Source: a virus (lineage: Duplodnaviria > Heunggongvirae > Uroviricota > Caudoviricetes). From it: a stretch of DNA of 64,000 nucleotides. How positions within the stretch are numbered: the first letter of the stretch is position 1; every line of letters starts with the position of its first letter. The position numbers were made by a program, and so were the translations under genes. Of the stretch, positions 29,691 to 38,110 are shown one piece after another. Under the pieces are notes generated by a model. The model was given only the letters and a program-made list of their open reading frames with translations. It was not told the DNA's origin and did no database searches. The stretch covers positions 21,296 to 85,295 of the IMG/VR virus record IMGVR_UViG_3300020046_006452. One strand, written 5' to 3'.

Positions 29691-29778
29691 AAAATCCCGG
29701 TTCTAAGGCACGATCGTCCTCTGGCTGCACCCTGATGCCACCCACAAGGAGATCGTGCCGCAGATCCAAGATTTCACG
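29691..29778 (-). terminator. conserved about 88-nt stem-loop element, copy 1 (3' of the 106-aa gene)
   Basis: AAATCCCGGTTCTAAG-GCACGATCGTCCTC...GGAGATCGTGCC-GCAGATCCAAGATTT; 13-bp stem with one bulge. Confidence 0.45.
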
Positions 29779-29779
29779 C

Positions 29780-30100
29780 CTAATCATCCCCTCCACGCTC
29801 CTTTGCAATACTGCGGAAGATCTTCTCGTCACAGAACGCAGCATTGGACTTTCGGATCATGTTGGAGAACCACGCACAGTACTTTGCTTGCTCCCAAGCC
29901 TCTCGTACTGAGCGGGCTGGAGGTATTAGGAGATCAGGGTCCACAATAGGCTGGCCTTTGCCATCGATCAATGCATACCACATCTGATCTCCTACTTGCC
30001 TTGCTTGCACGTGCGCACCTGGGGCTCGCTTGTCAACGTACTTCTTCAGCTTAGCGAATTCCTTCTGCTGGGGGGTCATTGTTGCTTGCTTCGTCATCAT
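29780..30100 (-). CDS. hypothetical protein between the vWA and AAA+ genes
   Basis: 106 aa. Confidence 0.4.
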   Translation of the reverse strand: MMTKQATMTPQQKEFAKLKKYVDKRAPGAHVQARQVGDQMWYALIDGKGQPIVDPDLLIPPARSVREAWEQAKYCAWFSNMIRKSNAAFCDEKIFRSIAKERGGDD

Positions 30101-30108
30101 GGTGTCGT

Positions 30109-31341
30109 TCAGAATTCAAAGTCTTCAGTAACCGCAGGAGTGCCCATCAGGTTGTCCGCCGTACCATCATTGATGTACTTTTGGATCAACTGCTTGATGA
30201 AGGTACGCTCACTCTGCATCCCACCCTCCTGGGAGTACAGAGGATAGATCAGCACTTCGGCACACTCACTCAAAGTGAAGCCATCGGTGATCAATCCAGC
30301 CATCTCCAGCACACTGCGGGTGGACACTGGAGTAGTGATCCGAGCACTATCACCCATCACCTCAGCCCTGGTGGCCGTAGCGATCTCGGCAAGGTTCTGT
30401 GCTTGCTCCTGCTCGATTGCTGGGAACAGCTGACGCACAAGACCACTCTCCTGGGCAGTGTTGAGGAAGGGGATCTCAATGATCGAGAAGCGATCGATCA
30501 GAGCTCGGTCCAGTACACGTGTTGCAGTGTACTCCGATCCGATGTTGGCAGTGGCAATGAATGACACTGTAGGGTCCACTTTGATCGTTGGAGTCCCCAC
30601 TTGCTCGTCCATGCGCAGGTACCGTTGGTTAGGGTCCAATACGGTCATCAGGATGTTGGCAGCCTCAGGGTGCGCCCTCGAGATCTCGTCCAGCACCACA
30701 CAGGTGTTGGGAGTTTGGATCGCAGTGACGAACGCACTTTGATTGAAGAACGTACCAGCGTCCTTGGCAAAGTGGGTGTTGCCGATCAGTGCTCCCCGTG
30801 GGTCCTGCGTAGCACCTAGGTTGATATAGAACACCTCCTTGCCCATCGCCTTGGCCGCAGCAAAGGCAGTTTGGGACTTACCTGTCCCCGTAGGGCCAGT
30901 CAGCATGATGTTACGCCCCCGGATCACACTGCGGCATATCATCTTCCAGGTCAAGTCAGCGCAGATCAAGCTCTCTGGCCGCTGCTGGGGTGAGGAGTGG
31001 ATCAGCTTCAAGATCGGATCGTTCTCAGCCTTGGCTGCAGCCTTCTTGGCATCCAGCTCCCCCTGTATTGGGGATGCACTTTGGGCCTTGCCAGTGGGGG
31101 TGGAGATCGTGCCTACCTCGGCAAGAGTAGTGCCGGAAGGTACTCGCATCCAGCGGTCGACCTCGGAGACCTTCAACAGCCACTCCTTGCTCTTGAACGC
31201 CCCCTGTATGGTGACGTATACGATCTCCCGGGTGATGTCGCCCCCAGTGCGGACATCGTAGGCTCGGACGGTCAGCTTGCCACCCTTACCAGGTGCTTGC
31301 TTGATCTCGGCCAGAAGGGGGTACTGTTGTACTGTACTCAT
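30109..31341 (-). CDS. CobS-like MoxR-family AAA+ ATPase
   Basis: Walker A GPTGTGKS, Walker B VVLDEISRA, sensor ATAN; ATG at 31341 preferred (the ORF-track GTG start lies inside the promoter motif). Confidence 0.65.
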   Translation of the reverse strand: MSTVQQYPLLAEIKQAPGKGGKLTVRAYDVRTGGDITREIVYVTIQGAFKSKEWLLKVSEVDRWMRVPSGTTLAEVGTISTPTGKAQSASPIQGELDAKKAAAKAENDPILKLIHSSPQQRPESLICADLTWKMICRSVIRGRNIMLTGPTGTGKSQTAFAAAKAMGKEVFYINLGATQDPRGALIGNTHFAKDAGTFFNQSAFVTAIQTPNTCVVLDEISRAHPEAANILMTVLDPNQRYLRMDEQVGTPTIKVDPTVSFIATANIGSEYTATRVLDRALIDRFSIIEIPFLNTAQESGLVRQLFPAIEQEQAQNLAEIATATRAEVMGDSARITTPVSTRSVLEMAGLITDGFTLSECAEVLIYPLYSQEGGMQSERTFIKQLIQKYINDGTADNLMGTPAVTEDFEF

Positions 31342-31417
31342 ATGTGCTTGTGTGTTCGTTTGGACTAGGGCAAAGATCACCCTATTTTGGTTTGGTGCAA
31401 CTGAAAGTTATGAACAA

Positions 31418-31585
31418 GTTATGAACCGCTCCGCTTGTTGCGTTTGCGGAAGTTGACTCGGTCCCTCCACTCCTGGAAGTAGATTGCCGGAATGGCGATG
31501 GCTAGTATTATGACGTACATGGTGCCGAACGCGAGGATGACTGATATGATTGCAGTGAGTGCCTTGATCAGGATAGTTTCCCACA
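31418..31585 (-). CDS. small membrane protein (55 aa; below the ORF-track cutoff)
   Basis: MWETILIKALTAIISVILAFGTMYVIILAIAIPAIYFQEWRDRVNFRKRNKRSGS; ATG 6 nt after upstream stop. Confidence 0.35.
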
Positions 31586-31588
31586 TGC

Positions 31589-32044
31589 TTAGCAGCTTTT
31601 AGCACATTCAGGACCAAGGCGGCTATCGATCGAGGAAGGCACTGTCAGCACCTTACCACATCGAGCGCAGGTAGTTGCCCACATCACCTCGAACCCCTTG
31701 GCAGTGATCGCATCGTGCTGATCACGCAGCAGATTGAGTAGTGCCCACTCCGCAGCGCGGAACTCCACGCTAGTTGTGGCGAACTTACTCTTGGCAGTTG
31801 CCCGCAGGGGCTGGGCTGTACTACCCAGCATCCCGAGGTAGGTGTAGTGACGGGTGTTATCAGGACCGGTCAACACCCCCACTGCATACTGCGCAGCAGG
31901 CGGGGTTTGAAAGGGTCCACCATAACGCCCGGGCATTACGTGGGGCTTGAGCTTGGCCACCTGGAAGGACCACCTGCGACCCTTTGCACCATCGACCAAT
32001 GTGAACCGTGCCTTTCCGGCCTTGAGGATCTCGCTGTGTTTCAT
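31589..32044 (-). CDS. hypothetical early protein with C-terminal zinc ribbon
   Basis: 151 aa; CARCGK..GPEC; own promoter cassette. Confidence 0.45.
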   Translation of the reverse strand: MKHSEILKAGKARFTLVDGAKGRRWSFQVAKLKPHVMPGRYGGPFQTPPAAQYAVGVLTGPDNTRHYTYLGMLGSTAQPLRATAKSKFATTSVEFRAAEWALLNLLRDQHDAITAKGFEVMWATTCARCGKVLTVPSSIDSRLGPECAKSC

Positions 32045-32190
32045 GAAGGCAAAGATCCCCCAACTACAACTAAAGTCAACACCAATTTTCCTCTACTCTT
32101 GGAAGCCTACGGATAAACACCTGAGCCCCAGGAGGATATGTAACCCCCTGAGGCTCAGTCACTTAGTTAACTCGCTGAGGCTCAGCTAGA
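32045..32190 (-). promoter_or_regulatory. early promoter/operator cassette (leaderless; -7 box abuts ATG) with two CTGAGGCTCAG palindromes
   Basis: minus strand: ...TGTTG-N19-GATCTTTGCCTTC-ATG; palindromes at about 32147-32165 and 32173-32190. Confidence 0.5.
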
Positions 32191-32646
32191 TCAGGCCTCC
32201 TGCGCAGGACTCTCCACTTCACTGGTGGCCACTTCGGCTTCCACTTCAGGGGTAGCTTTCGCCTTCTTTGGCGCCTTTGGGGTCTTCACCTTGGCAGCCA
32301 CTGGGGTCTTGGGGACCTTCACCTTGGCGACCTTGACAGGCACCACCTTGGCAGGCTTCTCCGGCAGCTTACCGGTCTCCGCCAGTGCCTTCAAGATCTC
32401 GGCAGTCTCCGCCTTGGAGATCCGCTGCCACTTGGACTCCAGGGTCTCCTTGATCAGGTTGAAGCCGGCCACGTACGCATTGCGCAAGGTCGGGTAGACG
32501 ATCATCTTGCTCAGGTCCTCGACCTCACCCTCGGGGGCTTGGGCATTGAGGGCACGGATTACAGGGTCCTTGCGCTTGGCGCCCATCGCTTGGCAGATGT
32601 TGACGATGCAAGGGTAGGTCAGGGAGGTGTTGTTCTTGGTACTCAT
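32191..32646 (-). CDS. histone H1-like / AKP-repeat basic DNA-binding protein
   Basis: C-terminus KPAKVVPVKVAKVKVPKTPVAAKVKTPKAPKKAKATPE; own promoter with 80-nt leader. Confidence 0.45.
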   Translation of the reverse strand: MSTKNNTSLTYPCIVNICQAMGAKRKDPVIRALNAQAPEGEVEDLSKMIVYPTLRNAYVAGFNLIKETLESKWQRISKAETAEILKALAETGKLPEKPAKVVPVKVAKVKVPKTPVAAKVKTPKAPKKAKATPEVEAEVATSEVESPAQEA

Positions 32647-32763
32647 GGTCTTGTCTTGTTGTTTGTTGTTTTGCTAGCTCCTTAAAGGCTGAGCAGCGTT
32701 TGCCTATGGTTTGTTTGTGTTGAATCAAATATACGCCAACTTTCTCAAGCAGGCAACAGTAAG

Positions 32764-33072
32764 TTATGAACCGATCCGGGTGATCACGATATCGATGTTG
32801 GTAGTGTGGTAGAACCCCGAGGTGTAGACTTTCCACTTCAGTTGATAGCCAGCCACACGCAAGCCCTGGGCGATTCGGTCTTCGAGGTTGAACAGTACGG
32901 AGGCCTTCACCCCCCGGTAGACCCCCCAGAACTTCAGCCTGCGGCCATTAGCGCGGGGTTCGGAGAACGTGCGGTATTCCCCCAGTGATCCATTGCTACG
33001 AAGCTCGATCGCGATGTTGCGCATGATCTTGATCTCCTGCTTATACAGGGGGCAGTCCTTGTTGTGTTTCAT
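32764..33072 (-). CDS. hypothetical early protein
   Basis: 102 aa with own promoter cassette. Confidence 0.4.
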   Translation of the reverse strand: MKHNKDCPLYKQEIKIMRNIAIELRSNGSLGEYRTFSEPRANGRRLKFWGVYRGVKASVLFNLEDRIAQGLRVAGYQLKWKVYTSGFYHTTNIDIVITRIGS

Positions 33073-33165
33073 GAAGGCAAAGATACGGTGTTTTGGCGTT
33101 GAGGCAACAGTTCCAAGGTGAAAAAGTTATGAACCGGTGCTAACTCCCTCAGGCCCAGTGGGTTG
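33073..33165 (-). promoter_or_regulatory. early promoter cassette: GGTTCATAAC, TGTTG-N19-TATCTTTGCCTTC directly abutting ATG, plus degenerate palindrome
   Basis: GCACCGGTTCATAACTTTTTCACCTTGGAACTGTTGCCTCAACGCCAAAACACCGTATCTTTGCCTTCATG. Confidence 0.55.
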
Positions 33166-33399
33166 CATGTAATACGTTGAGTTCCAGTGAGTTCGGGTGT
33201 AGTGCAGGAACTTGGGCACTTTGGCGTTGTCATAGAACGGATCTACCCCCTGGCGCCTCATCTCGCGCGCCAATTGTGGGTGCTCCACCACAAGGGTGTT
33301 CCAAAGGTGCTGTCCCCAGCGGATTCCCTGGCGTTCATAGTGGTCCTTCCAGGTGCAATACGCGGAGGTGAGCCATTGATGTCGTGTTATAGTAGGCAT
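33127..33399 (-). CDS. hypothetical early protein
   Basis: 90 aa. Confidence 0.4.
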   Translation of the reverse strand: MPTITRHQWLTSAYCTWKDHYERQGIRWGQHLWNTLVVEHPQLAREMRRQGVDPFYDNAKVPKFLHYTRTHWNSTYYMQPTGPEGVSTGS

Positions 33400-33404
33400 G
33401 TTGT

Positions 33405-33644
33405 TCAGCAGGTTTCAGGGTGGGGGAACGAACAGAAGTCGCCGTTGGTGCGGGTTACCTGGGCAAGGTACCACTCTCCCCCCTCTTCTTGCTCAACTTT
33501 GGGGACCATAGCCTCGCCTATGTTGCGCAGGCTACGCAGGTCACCATCTTCACACCGCAGCACTCGGGTACGGCCATCGTAGACATTGCGGTACTTGAGG
33601 GTGGAGGGGTACATCGGTTCGGTTTGCAGTTGTGGGCTTATCAT
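33405..33644 (-). CDS. hypothetical protein
   Basis: 79 aa. Confidence 0.35.
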   Translation of the reverse strand: MISPQLQTEPMYPSTLKYRNVYDGRTRVLRCEDGDLRSLRNIGEAMVPKVEQEEGGEWYLAQVTRTNGDFCSFPHPETC

Positions 33645-33647
33645 GTG

Positions 33648-33884
33648 TTACTGGGGGAGTTTGTGTCCTTGATTTGCAGCCGCTTCAAAGGCTGAGTGTA
33701 TGTGCAGGTTGTCAAACAGGTCAGGCTTCTTGCACTGATCGAGGGTCTTAAGCAGGCGTTGGATCAGCTGGGCGTCCTTCTCACGCTCCGTTTCATACAG
33801 GTCGCGCAGTTCGGAAAGGCTCCAAGCGTAGCCCTGCATTTCGGCAAGCCGATCATCGCTGCAAAGGAGGTTAAGGGTGGCCAT
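33648..33884 (-). CDS. hypothetical early protein
   Basis: 78 aa; promoter box 25 nt upstream. Confidence 0.4.
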   Translation of the reverse strand: MATLNLLCSDDRLAEMQGYAWSLSELRDLYETEREKDAQLIQRLLKTLDQCKKPDLFDNLHIHSAFEAAANQGHKLPQ

Positions 33885-34084
33885 GGGATCTCGTTGTGTT
33901 TGTATAAGGCAAAGATACGGTGCTATAGACTAAAGTCAACACCCAAAGTTCGGCATTCGTGGAATCCTAGCTGTAACTTGCTGAGACTGAGGGGGAAAGT
34001 TTTTTCTCTCTGATTGCCAGGCAGTTACGTAGTTGCCCTGAGGATCAGGGGTTTAGCTGTAACTCCCTGAGGCTCAGCACTTAA
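33885..34084 (-). promoter_or_regulatory. early promoter cassette with three CTGAG-N-CTCAG-type palindromes
   Basis: TATCTTTGCC box at about 33897-33915; palindromes about 34002-34012, 34035-34050, 34060-34078. Confidence 0.45.
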
Positions 34085-34175
34085 GGCAAAAAACGGGCTA
34101 TAAACGACGATCGCCCCTTCCCTGGTCTCTGACACCAGGTGGGAGGCGATCGTGCCTTACAATCGAGATTTGAGC
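34085..34175 (-). terminator. conserved stem-loop element, copy 2 (nested hairpin CCTGGT/ACCAGG inside a CGACGATCGCCCC/GGGAGGCGATCGTG stem)
   Basis: same flanks as copies 1 and 3: ...ACGACGATCG...GGCGATCGTGCC...AGATTT. Confidence 0.45.
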
Positions 34176-34181
34176 GGTAGT

Positions 34182-34652
34182 CTACGCTTTTCGCAGCTCC
34201 TTAATAGCATCAGCACATGCCACGATCTCCTTCTCATGGATCCAGCCCATCTTGGCCCCATACAAGTCCAGTACCTTGACCCCAGTCTTGTGCACCCTCA
34301 ACGTACGTACACAGCGGCCGCTGAGCACGGCATCACTATCGATATCGATGTACTTGGGTGCACCCACATAAGCACTCAGCCATTGCAGGGCTTGTTGGAC
34401 CGTTAGTGTAACCCCCGGGGGGGTGGTGGAGATAGAGTCATCCATCTTCTCACCATCCCACACCATGCTGTATATAGGGAATGTGTTGATGTACGTAGGG
34501 AATTGGAAGTGAGGTACCTTACACGCCTCGATCACTGCCTTCAGCATGTCGAAGGTGTCTCGATCATTGGTACTGAGCTTGACGTGCCACTTAGTGGTCT
34601 GATTGGGGATGCTTGTGTTGTTCATCGTGTTGTTTGTGTTTGTTGCGTTCAT
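34182..34652 (-). CDS. hypothetical early protein
   Basis: 156 aa; promoter box abuts ATG. Confidence 0.45.
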   Translation of the reverse strand: MNATNTNNTMNNTSIPNQTTKWHVKLSTNDRDTFDMLKAVIEACKVPHFQFPTYINTFPIYSMVWDGEKMDDSISTTPPGVTLTVQQALQWLSAYVGAPKYIDIDSDAVLSGRCVRTLRVHKTGVKVLDLYGAKMGWIHEKEIVACADAIKELRKA

Positions 34653-34754
34653 GAAGGCAAAGATACGCTAACTGAGTTCAAAGTCAACGACAACTTTCCC
34701 CTACTCTTGGAATCCCAGGTGTAACTTGCTGGGGGTCAGGGGGTTAACTGCCCT

Positions 34755-34788
34755 AAAAAAGGTTACCCCCGCCGTTGACGGGGGGGGG
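34755..34788 (-). terminator. rho-independent terminator (minus strand): GC hairpin CCCCCCCCGTCAACGGCGGGGG followed by T6
   Basis: hairpin 34765-34788, A6 at 34755-34760 on plus strand; downstream of the SPFH gene, upstream of the next promoter. Confidence 0.5.
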
Positions 34789-35088
34789 TTAGCCGGTTCA
34801 TAACTTTATTTTGGTTTGAGTGTGTGATTTCTATAGCTTTTTGTGATCGGGTGTATATGTATGGGATCCGGTTCCTCCCCCCTCCCTCCACTTATCGAGT
34901 GTCTTGTTTTTACCAAGGTGTCTACTATAGAGCTACCTCGTAACAGCGACTAATTTACCTACCTGGGTGTCTTACCTTACGCCGAGTGCAGTTAAGTATA
35001 CCCCCACGACTCAAAGCACTAAAAAAAGGAGGGAGGTCATCTTGTGACCCCCCCCCCTTTGTTATTGTACCTATGCTAACACAAGAGA

Positions 35089-36339
35089 CTACTTACCCCT
35101 CATGTTGAGATCTAGTCCTAGCTGCTTAGCATTGTTGATTGTCATCATGTCAATCAAGTTGTTTACTCCGTTGGGTGAAGCGCTCCCCCCACCACTAAGG
35201 TAAGTCGGGACTACATTAGCTCCATTCTTTGCCCACGCATCTGCCCACGCTTGTTGTACTTTGATGAAGGCATCTAGTTTAGGATTCAAGGCACCGTCGG
35301 CTGCCATCAACAGCTTCTTCTTTTCAGCTTCACCTTCACCTTCTAAGATCAATTGCTTCTTAGTGAACTCAGCTGCCTTCATGTCTTGCTCTGCTACTTC
35401 CTTTCTTTGGATAGCGGCGATCACAGCTTGTTCTTTCTCTGCGTTCATCTTACTCTGTACTTCTGCGATCTTAGTCTTACCTTGAGATGCTGCAGTCTTT
35501 TCATCTTGTTGTGCTACGAGGGCTCTTGCTCTTGAGGTTTGGATCTCCATTGCCATCTTTTGTTGTTGCAGCAATTGGTCTCGCACCACTGGACTGAACA
35601 CTACACTGATAGCTGGTGTCCCGATGCTGATATTGTACTTGGAGAGCTCGCTTGGAGATTGGCGTTTGAATCCTCCTGGAGAGTCTGGATCTGCAATACG
35701 CTCTGCGAACCTCACTACTACACTATCACCAGTAATTGCATCCACTTCGTAAGTCTCTTGGGTACGTGTTAGATACAGTCCGTTCTTGACCATGTCTTCG
35801 GTATATCCAATCAGGTCACTACGCTTCTCTGCACTAGCCTCTTGACTAGTCATGAATGCACCAACTTGCATTACAGCACTCTTCAATTGCTTCTGTACAA
35901 TCTGAGAGTTGAGGCTTTCCCATCCTCCGTGCTTTTCTTGAATGAACCTAATGCTTTGTTCATCAGTGGGCATTTCTACTGGGATGGTGACAAAGAGGAA
36001 GGCCTCACCTCGATCGTAGAATTGCACCTTGACTCCGAACCGTGCTACATTGTTGTCAGTCCAGGCATTGTCATAGCTCAGACTCTCCTTTTGGTCTTCT
36101 GGGATGTCGAAACTGGAGAGATCGAACTTTGGGTAGTCACCTACAAGATCCCCTAGTTGTTGGTTCTGCCAGCCTGGAGTACTGTAGACGTGCATCTTGC
36201 CGCCTGGGGTTTGTACAACATAGATCCGATTGGCTGGTACGTTAATCAGCAGCTTGTTGCCAAGGTAGAATGCTCCGATCAGCAGGAATGCGATGCCGAT
36301 CATCGTAGCGATGCGGCGGAAGGAAAGGGTTTGGTTCAT
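35089..36339 (-). CDS. SPFH/band-7 (flotillin-like) membrane protein
   Basis: 416 aa; N-terminal TM, SPFH-like core, long E/K/A-rich coiled coil. Confidence 0.5.
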   Translation of the reverse strand: MNQTLSFRRIATMIGIAFLLIGAFYLGNKLLINVPANRIYVVQTPGGKMHVYSTPGWQNQQLGDLVGDYPKFDLSSFDIPEDQKESLSYDNAWTDNNVARFGVKVQFYDRGEAFLFVTIPVEMPTDEQSIRFIQEKHGGWESLNSQIVQKQLKSAVMQVGAFMTSQEASAEKRSDLIGYTEDMVKNGLYLTRTQETYEVDAITGDSVVVRFAERIADPDSPGGFKRQSPSELSKYNISIGTPAISVVFSPVVRDQLLQQQKMAMEIQTSRARALVAQQDEKTAASQGKTKIAEVQSKMNAEKEQAVIAAIQRKEVAEQDMKAAEFTKKQLILEGEGEAEKKKLLMAADGALNPKLDAFIKVQQAWADAWAKNGANVVPTYLSGGGSASPNGVNNLIDMMTINNAKQLGLDLNMRGK

Positions 36340-36563
36340 TTGTTTGGGGCTGTTGTGTTTTTGGTTGGTTGTTCAGTATCGCTTTCAGTTTTCTTCTTGC
36401 CGTAGTTCCATGGCCACTCTCCGTAGAGGGCCTTGAAGAACCAGAGGAGCAGGGCCATGATCGTCAGCAGGAAGCCGAAGATCTCAAACAGTCGTAGTAA
36501 TGCCATGTGTTGTTGTTTTGATTTGTTGAGTGAAATGTAAGGCCTTATTTGTGTACCTTGCAA
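36336..36563 (-). CDS. small membrane protein (possible NfeD-like partner of SPFH)
   Basis: 75 aa, 1-2 TM helices, gene directly upstream of and overlapping SPFH gene. Confidence 0.4.
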   Translation of the reverse strand: MQGTQIRPYISLNKSKQQHMALLRLFEIFGFLLTIMALLLWFFKALYGEWPWNYGKKKTESDTEQPTKNTTAPNK

Positions 36564-36575
36564 CTCCTTCCTTTG

Positions 36576-36779
36576 CTAGTGCTTCTTCCACCCGATTGCT
36601 TTGCTGGCAGCTACGTGTCGATCATTGCCGACCTCCTCTCTTCTACGCTGCATTACTTCGGCATAGTATTCACCACAAGCACCTTGGAACATCTGATCTC
36701 CGATCGGGGCCATTCGCCACCGTTCAAGTAGCTGGTAGTAGGTGGCCGTATCGATCCACTTCTTTTGCTCGGCTGTCAT
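36576..36779 (-). CDS. hypothetical protein
   Basis: 67 aa. Confidence 0.35.
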   Translation of the reverse strand: MTAEQKKWIDTATYYQLLERWRMAPIGDQMFQGACGEYYAEVMQRRREEVGNDRHVAASKAIGWKKH

Positions 36780-36790
36780 ATTGTTGTGTA

Positions 36791-38110
36791 TTAAGCCTTA
36801 GTGAGAGGAGGAGCGATGGTGAACTGATATCTCTCGACCCAGCTACAAGCAAGGTCACCTTCCCAGAAAATCATGTGAAACCGTTGTTTGATGTGGCCGA
36901 GGGTGGCCTCTACACGTAGGTAAACTCCTTTACGCTTTGCACCCCCCACTTCTTGTATTGGAGTACCAAATGCAATTGGCTTTGCTAGCTCCTTTACTTT
37001 GTTCTTAGCAACAGTACCTTTAAGGCGCTTGATGAACTCTTGTTCTGTCAGCCGATCATCGCCCCCATCACCACCACTACCTTGGATTGATATAACCTGT
37101 TTATGGTCATCACCATCCACAGCAGCGCAGAGGTATTCGAAGGTCTTTGAATAGTCGGAGTACCATGGGAAGTTAGCATCATTGATCGCTTCGATGATTG
37201 CTGGGGTGCTCTTGACAGTATCATACGGTTGCAAGCAATCAATCTTTGCCCACTTAAGTTGTTTGTTGTGCTGCTCGATCTCTTGTGCAGTTGCTACTCG
37301 GAGGTCTTGTGCACAGTATATGTTGGTTGGTCTAGCCTCAAAACCATCCACTGTAATATCCCATTTGTTAGTCCATGGTGATTGTGCAACCTCAACTACC
37401 TTACCCAGTCCTTGAGGTGGGTGCGTAACAAACGGTCGAGGTCCTGCCCACACTACAGTATCTCCTACTTTGAATGGCGGTACTACCTCCTTTGCTTGAG
37501 CTCCTGCTGTGTCCTTGTCAAGGCCCTCAAGTGCCTCTCTCATCTCCTTATAGGCTGCCAAGGTGTCTAGTTTGGATTCGATCAAGTTGATCTTACGATC
37601 AAGCGTCTCGAGGGTGATCTTCCCATCCTTAGGTTTAGAGATCACTTCAGCCCACTTACCTCCGTTTGAGTCTGTACCATCATTAGCACACAGCAGGTAG
37701 TTCAAAGCACTACCTACGTGCAGTCGTGGAGTGCTCTTGGAGGTAGTAGTTGAAGAGATACCCCACTTGTGTATGGGATCCACTACACCCTCTACATTAG
37801 CGTGGAATGCACTACGGATGGTAACACCAGGTACAATTCCTCGTTTGAGTGCTAGGTCGGTCAAGTGTCGCTTGATGTTGGCCTTGGGTGCATCGTTGTC
37901 CACAAAGTTGGTTTGGCTGTACGCTCTGATCTTGCCTTGATCGTTTCGCACTGCTATTGTGTTATTTGACCTCCACTCAACCTCATATGACTTACCGTGT
38001 GTGAGATGGCGTGAGAGGGGGAAGTGAGCTTTTATGCTACTCTTAGTGTTGTTGTTCATCTTAGTTGGTTGTTGTTGGCACAGTCCACTGCAGGACTGGA
38101 AGAGGTACAT
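36791..38110 (-). CDS. hypothetical protein
   Basis: 439 aa; alternative start MNNNTK about 38059 would remove the overlap with the upstream gene. Confidence 0.45.
   Translation of the reverse strand: MYLFQSCSGLCQQQPTKMNNNTKSSIKAHFPLSRHLTHGKSYEVEWRSNNTIAVRNDQGKIRAYSQTNFVDNDAPKANIKRHLTDLALKRGIVPGVTIRSAFHANVEGVVDPIHKWGISSTTTSKSTPRLHVGSALNYLLCANDGTDSNGGKWAEVISKPKDGKITLETLDRKINLIESKLDTLAAYKEMREALEGLDKDTAGAQAKEVVPPFKVGDTVVWAGPRPFVTHPPQGLGKVVEVAQSPWTNKWDITVDGFEARPTNIYCAQDLRVATAQEIEQHNKQLKWAKIDCLQPYDTVKSTPAIIEAINDANFPWYSDYSKTFEYLCAAVDGDDHKQVISIQGSGGDGGDDRLTEQEFIKRLKGTVAKNKVKELAKPIAFGTPIQEVGGAKRKGVYLRVEATLGHIKQRFHMIFWEGDLACSWVERYQFTIAPPLTKA

Noticed and set aside
29691-29778. Hammerhead-like ribozyme in stem-loop copy 1 (CTGATG in loop)
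   Set aside because: Only a partial CUGAUG is present in one of three copies; no GAAA or other core elements.
31408-31617. 69-aa minus-strand ORF
   Set aside because: It lies in an alternative frame of the region. The 55-aa frame with a clear TM helix and a start coupled to the upstream stop is preferred.
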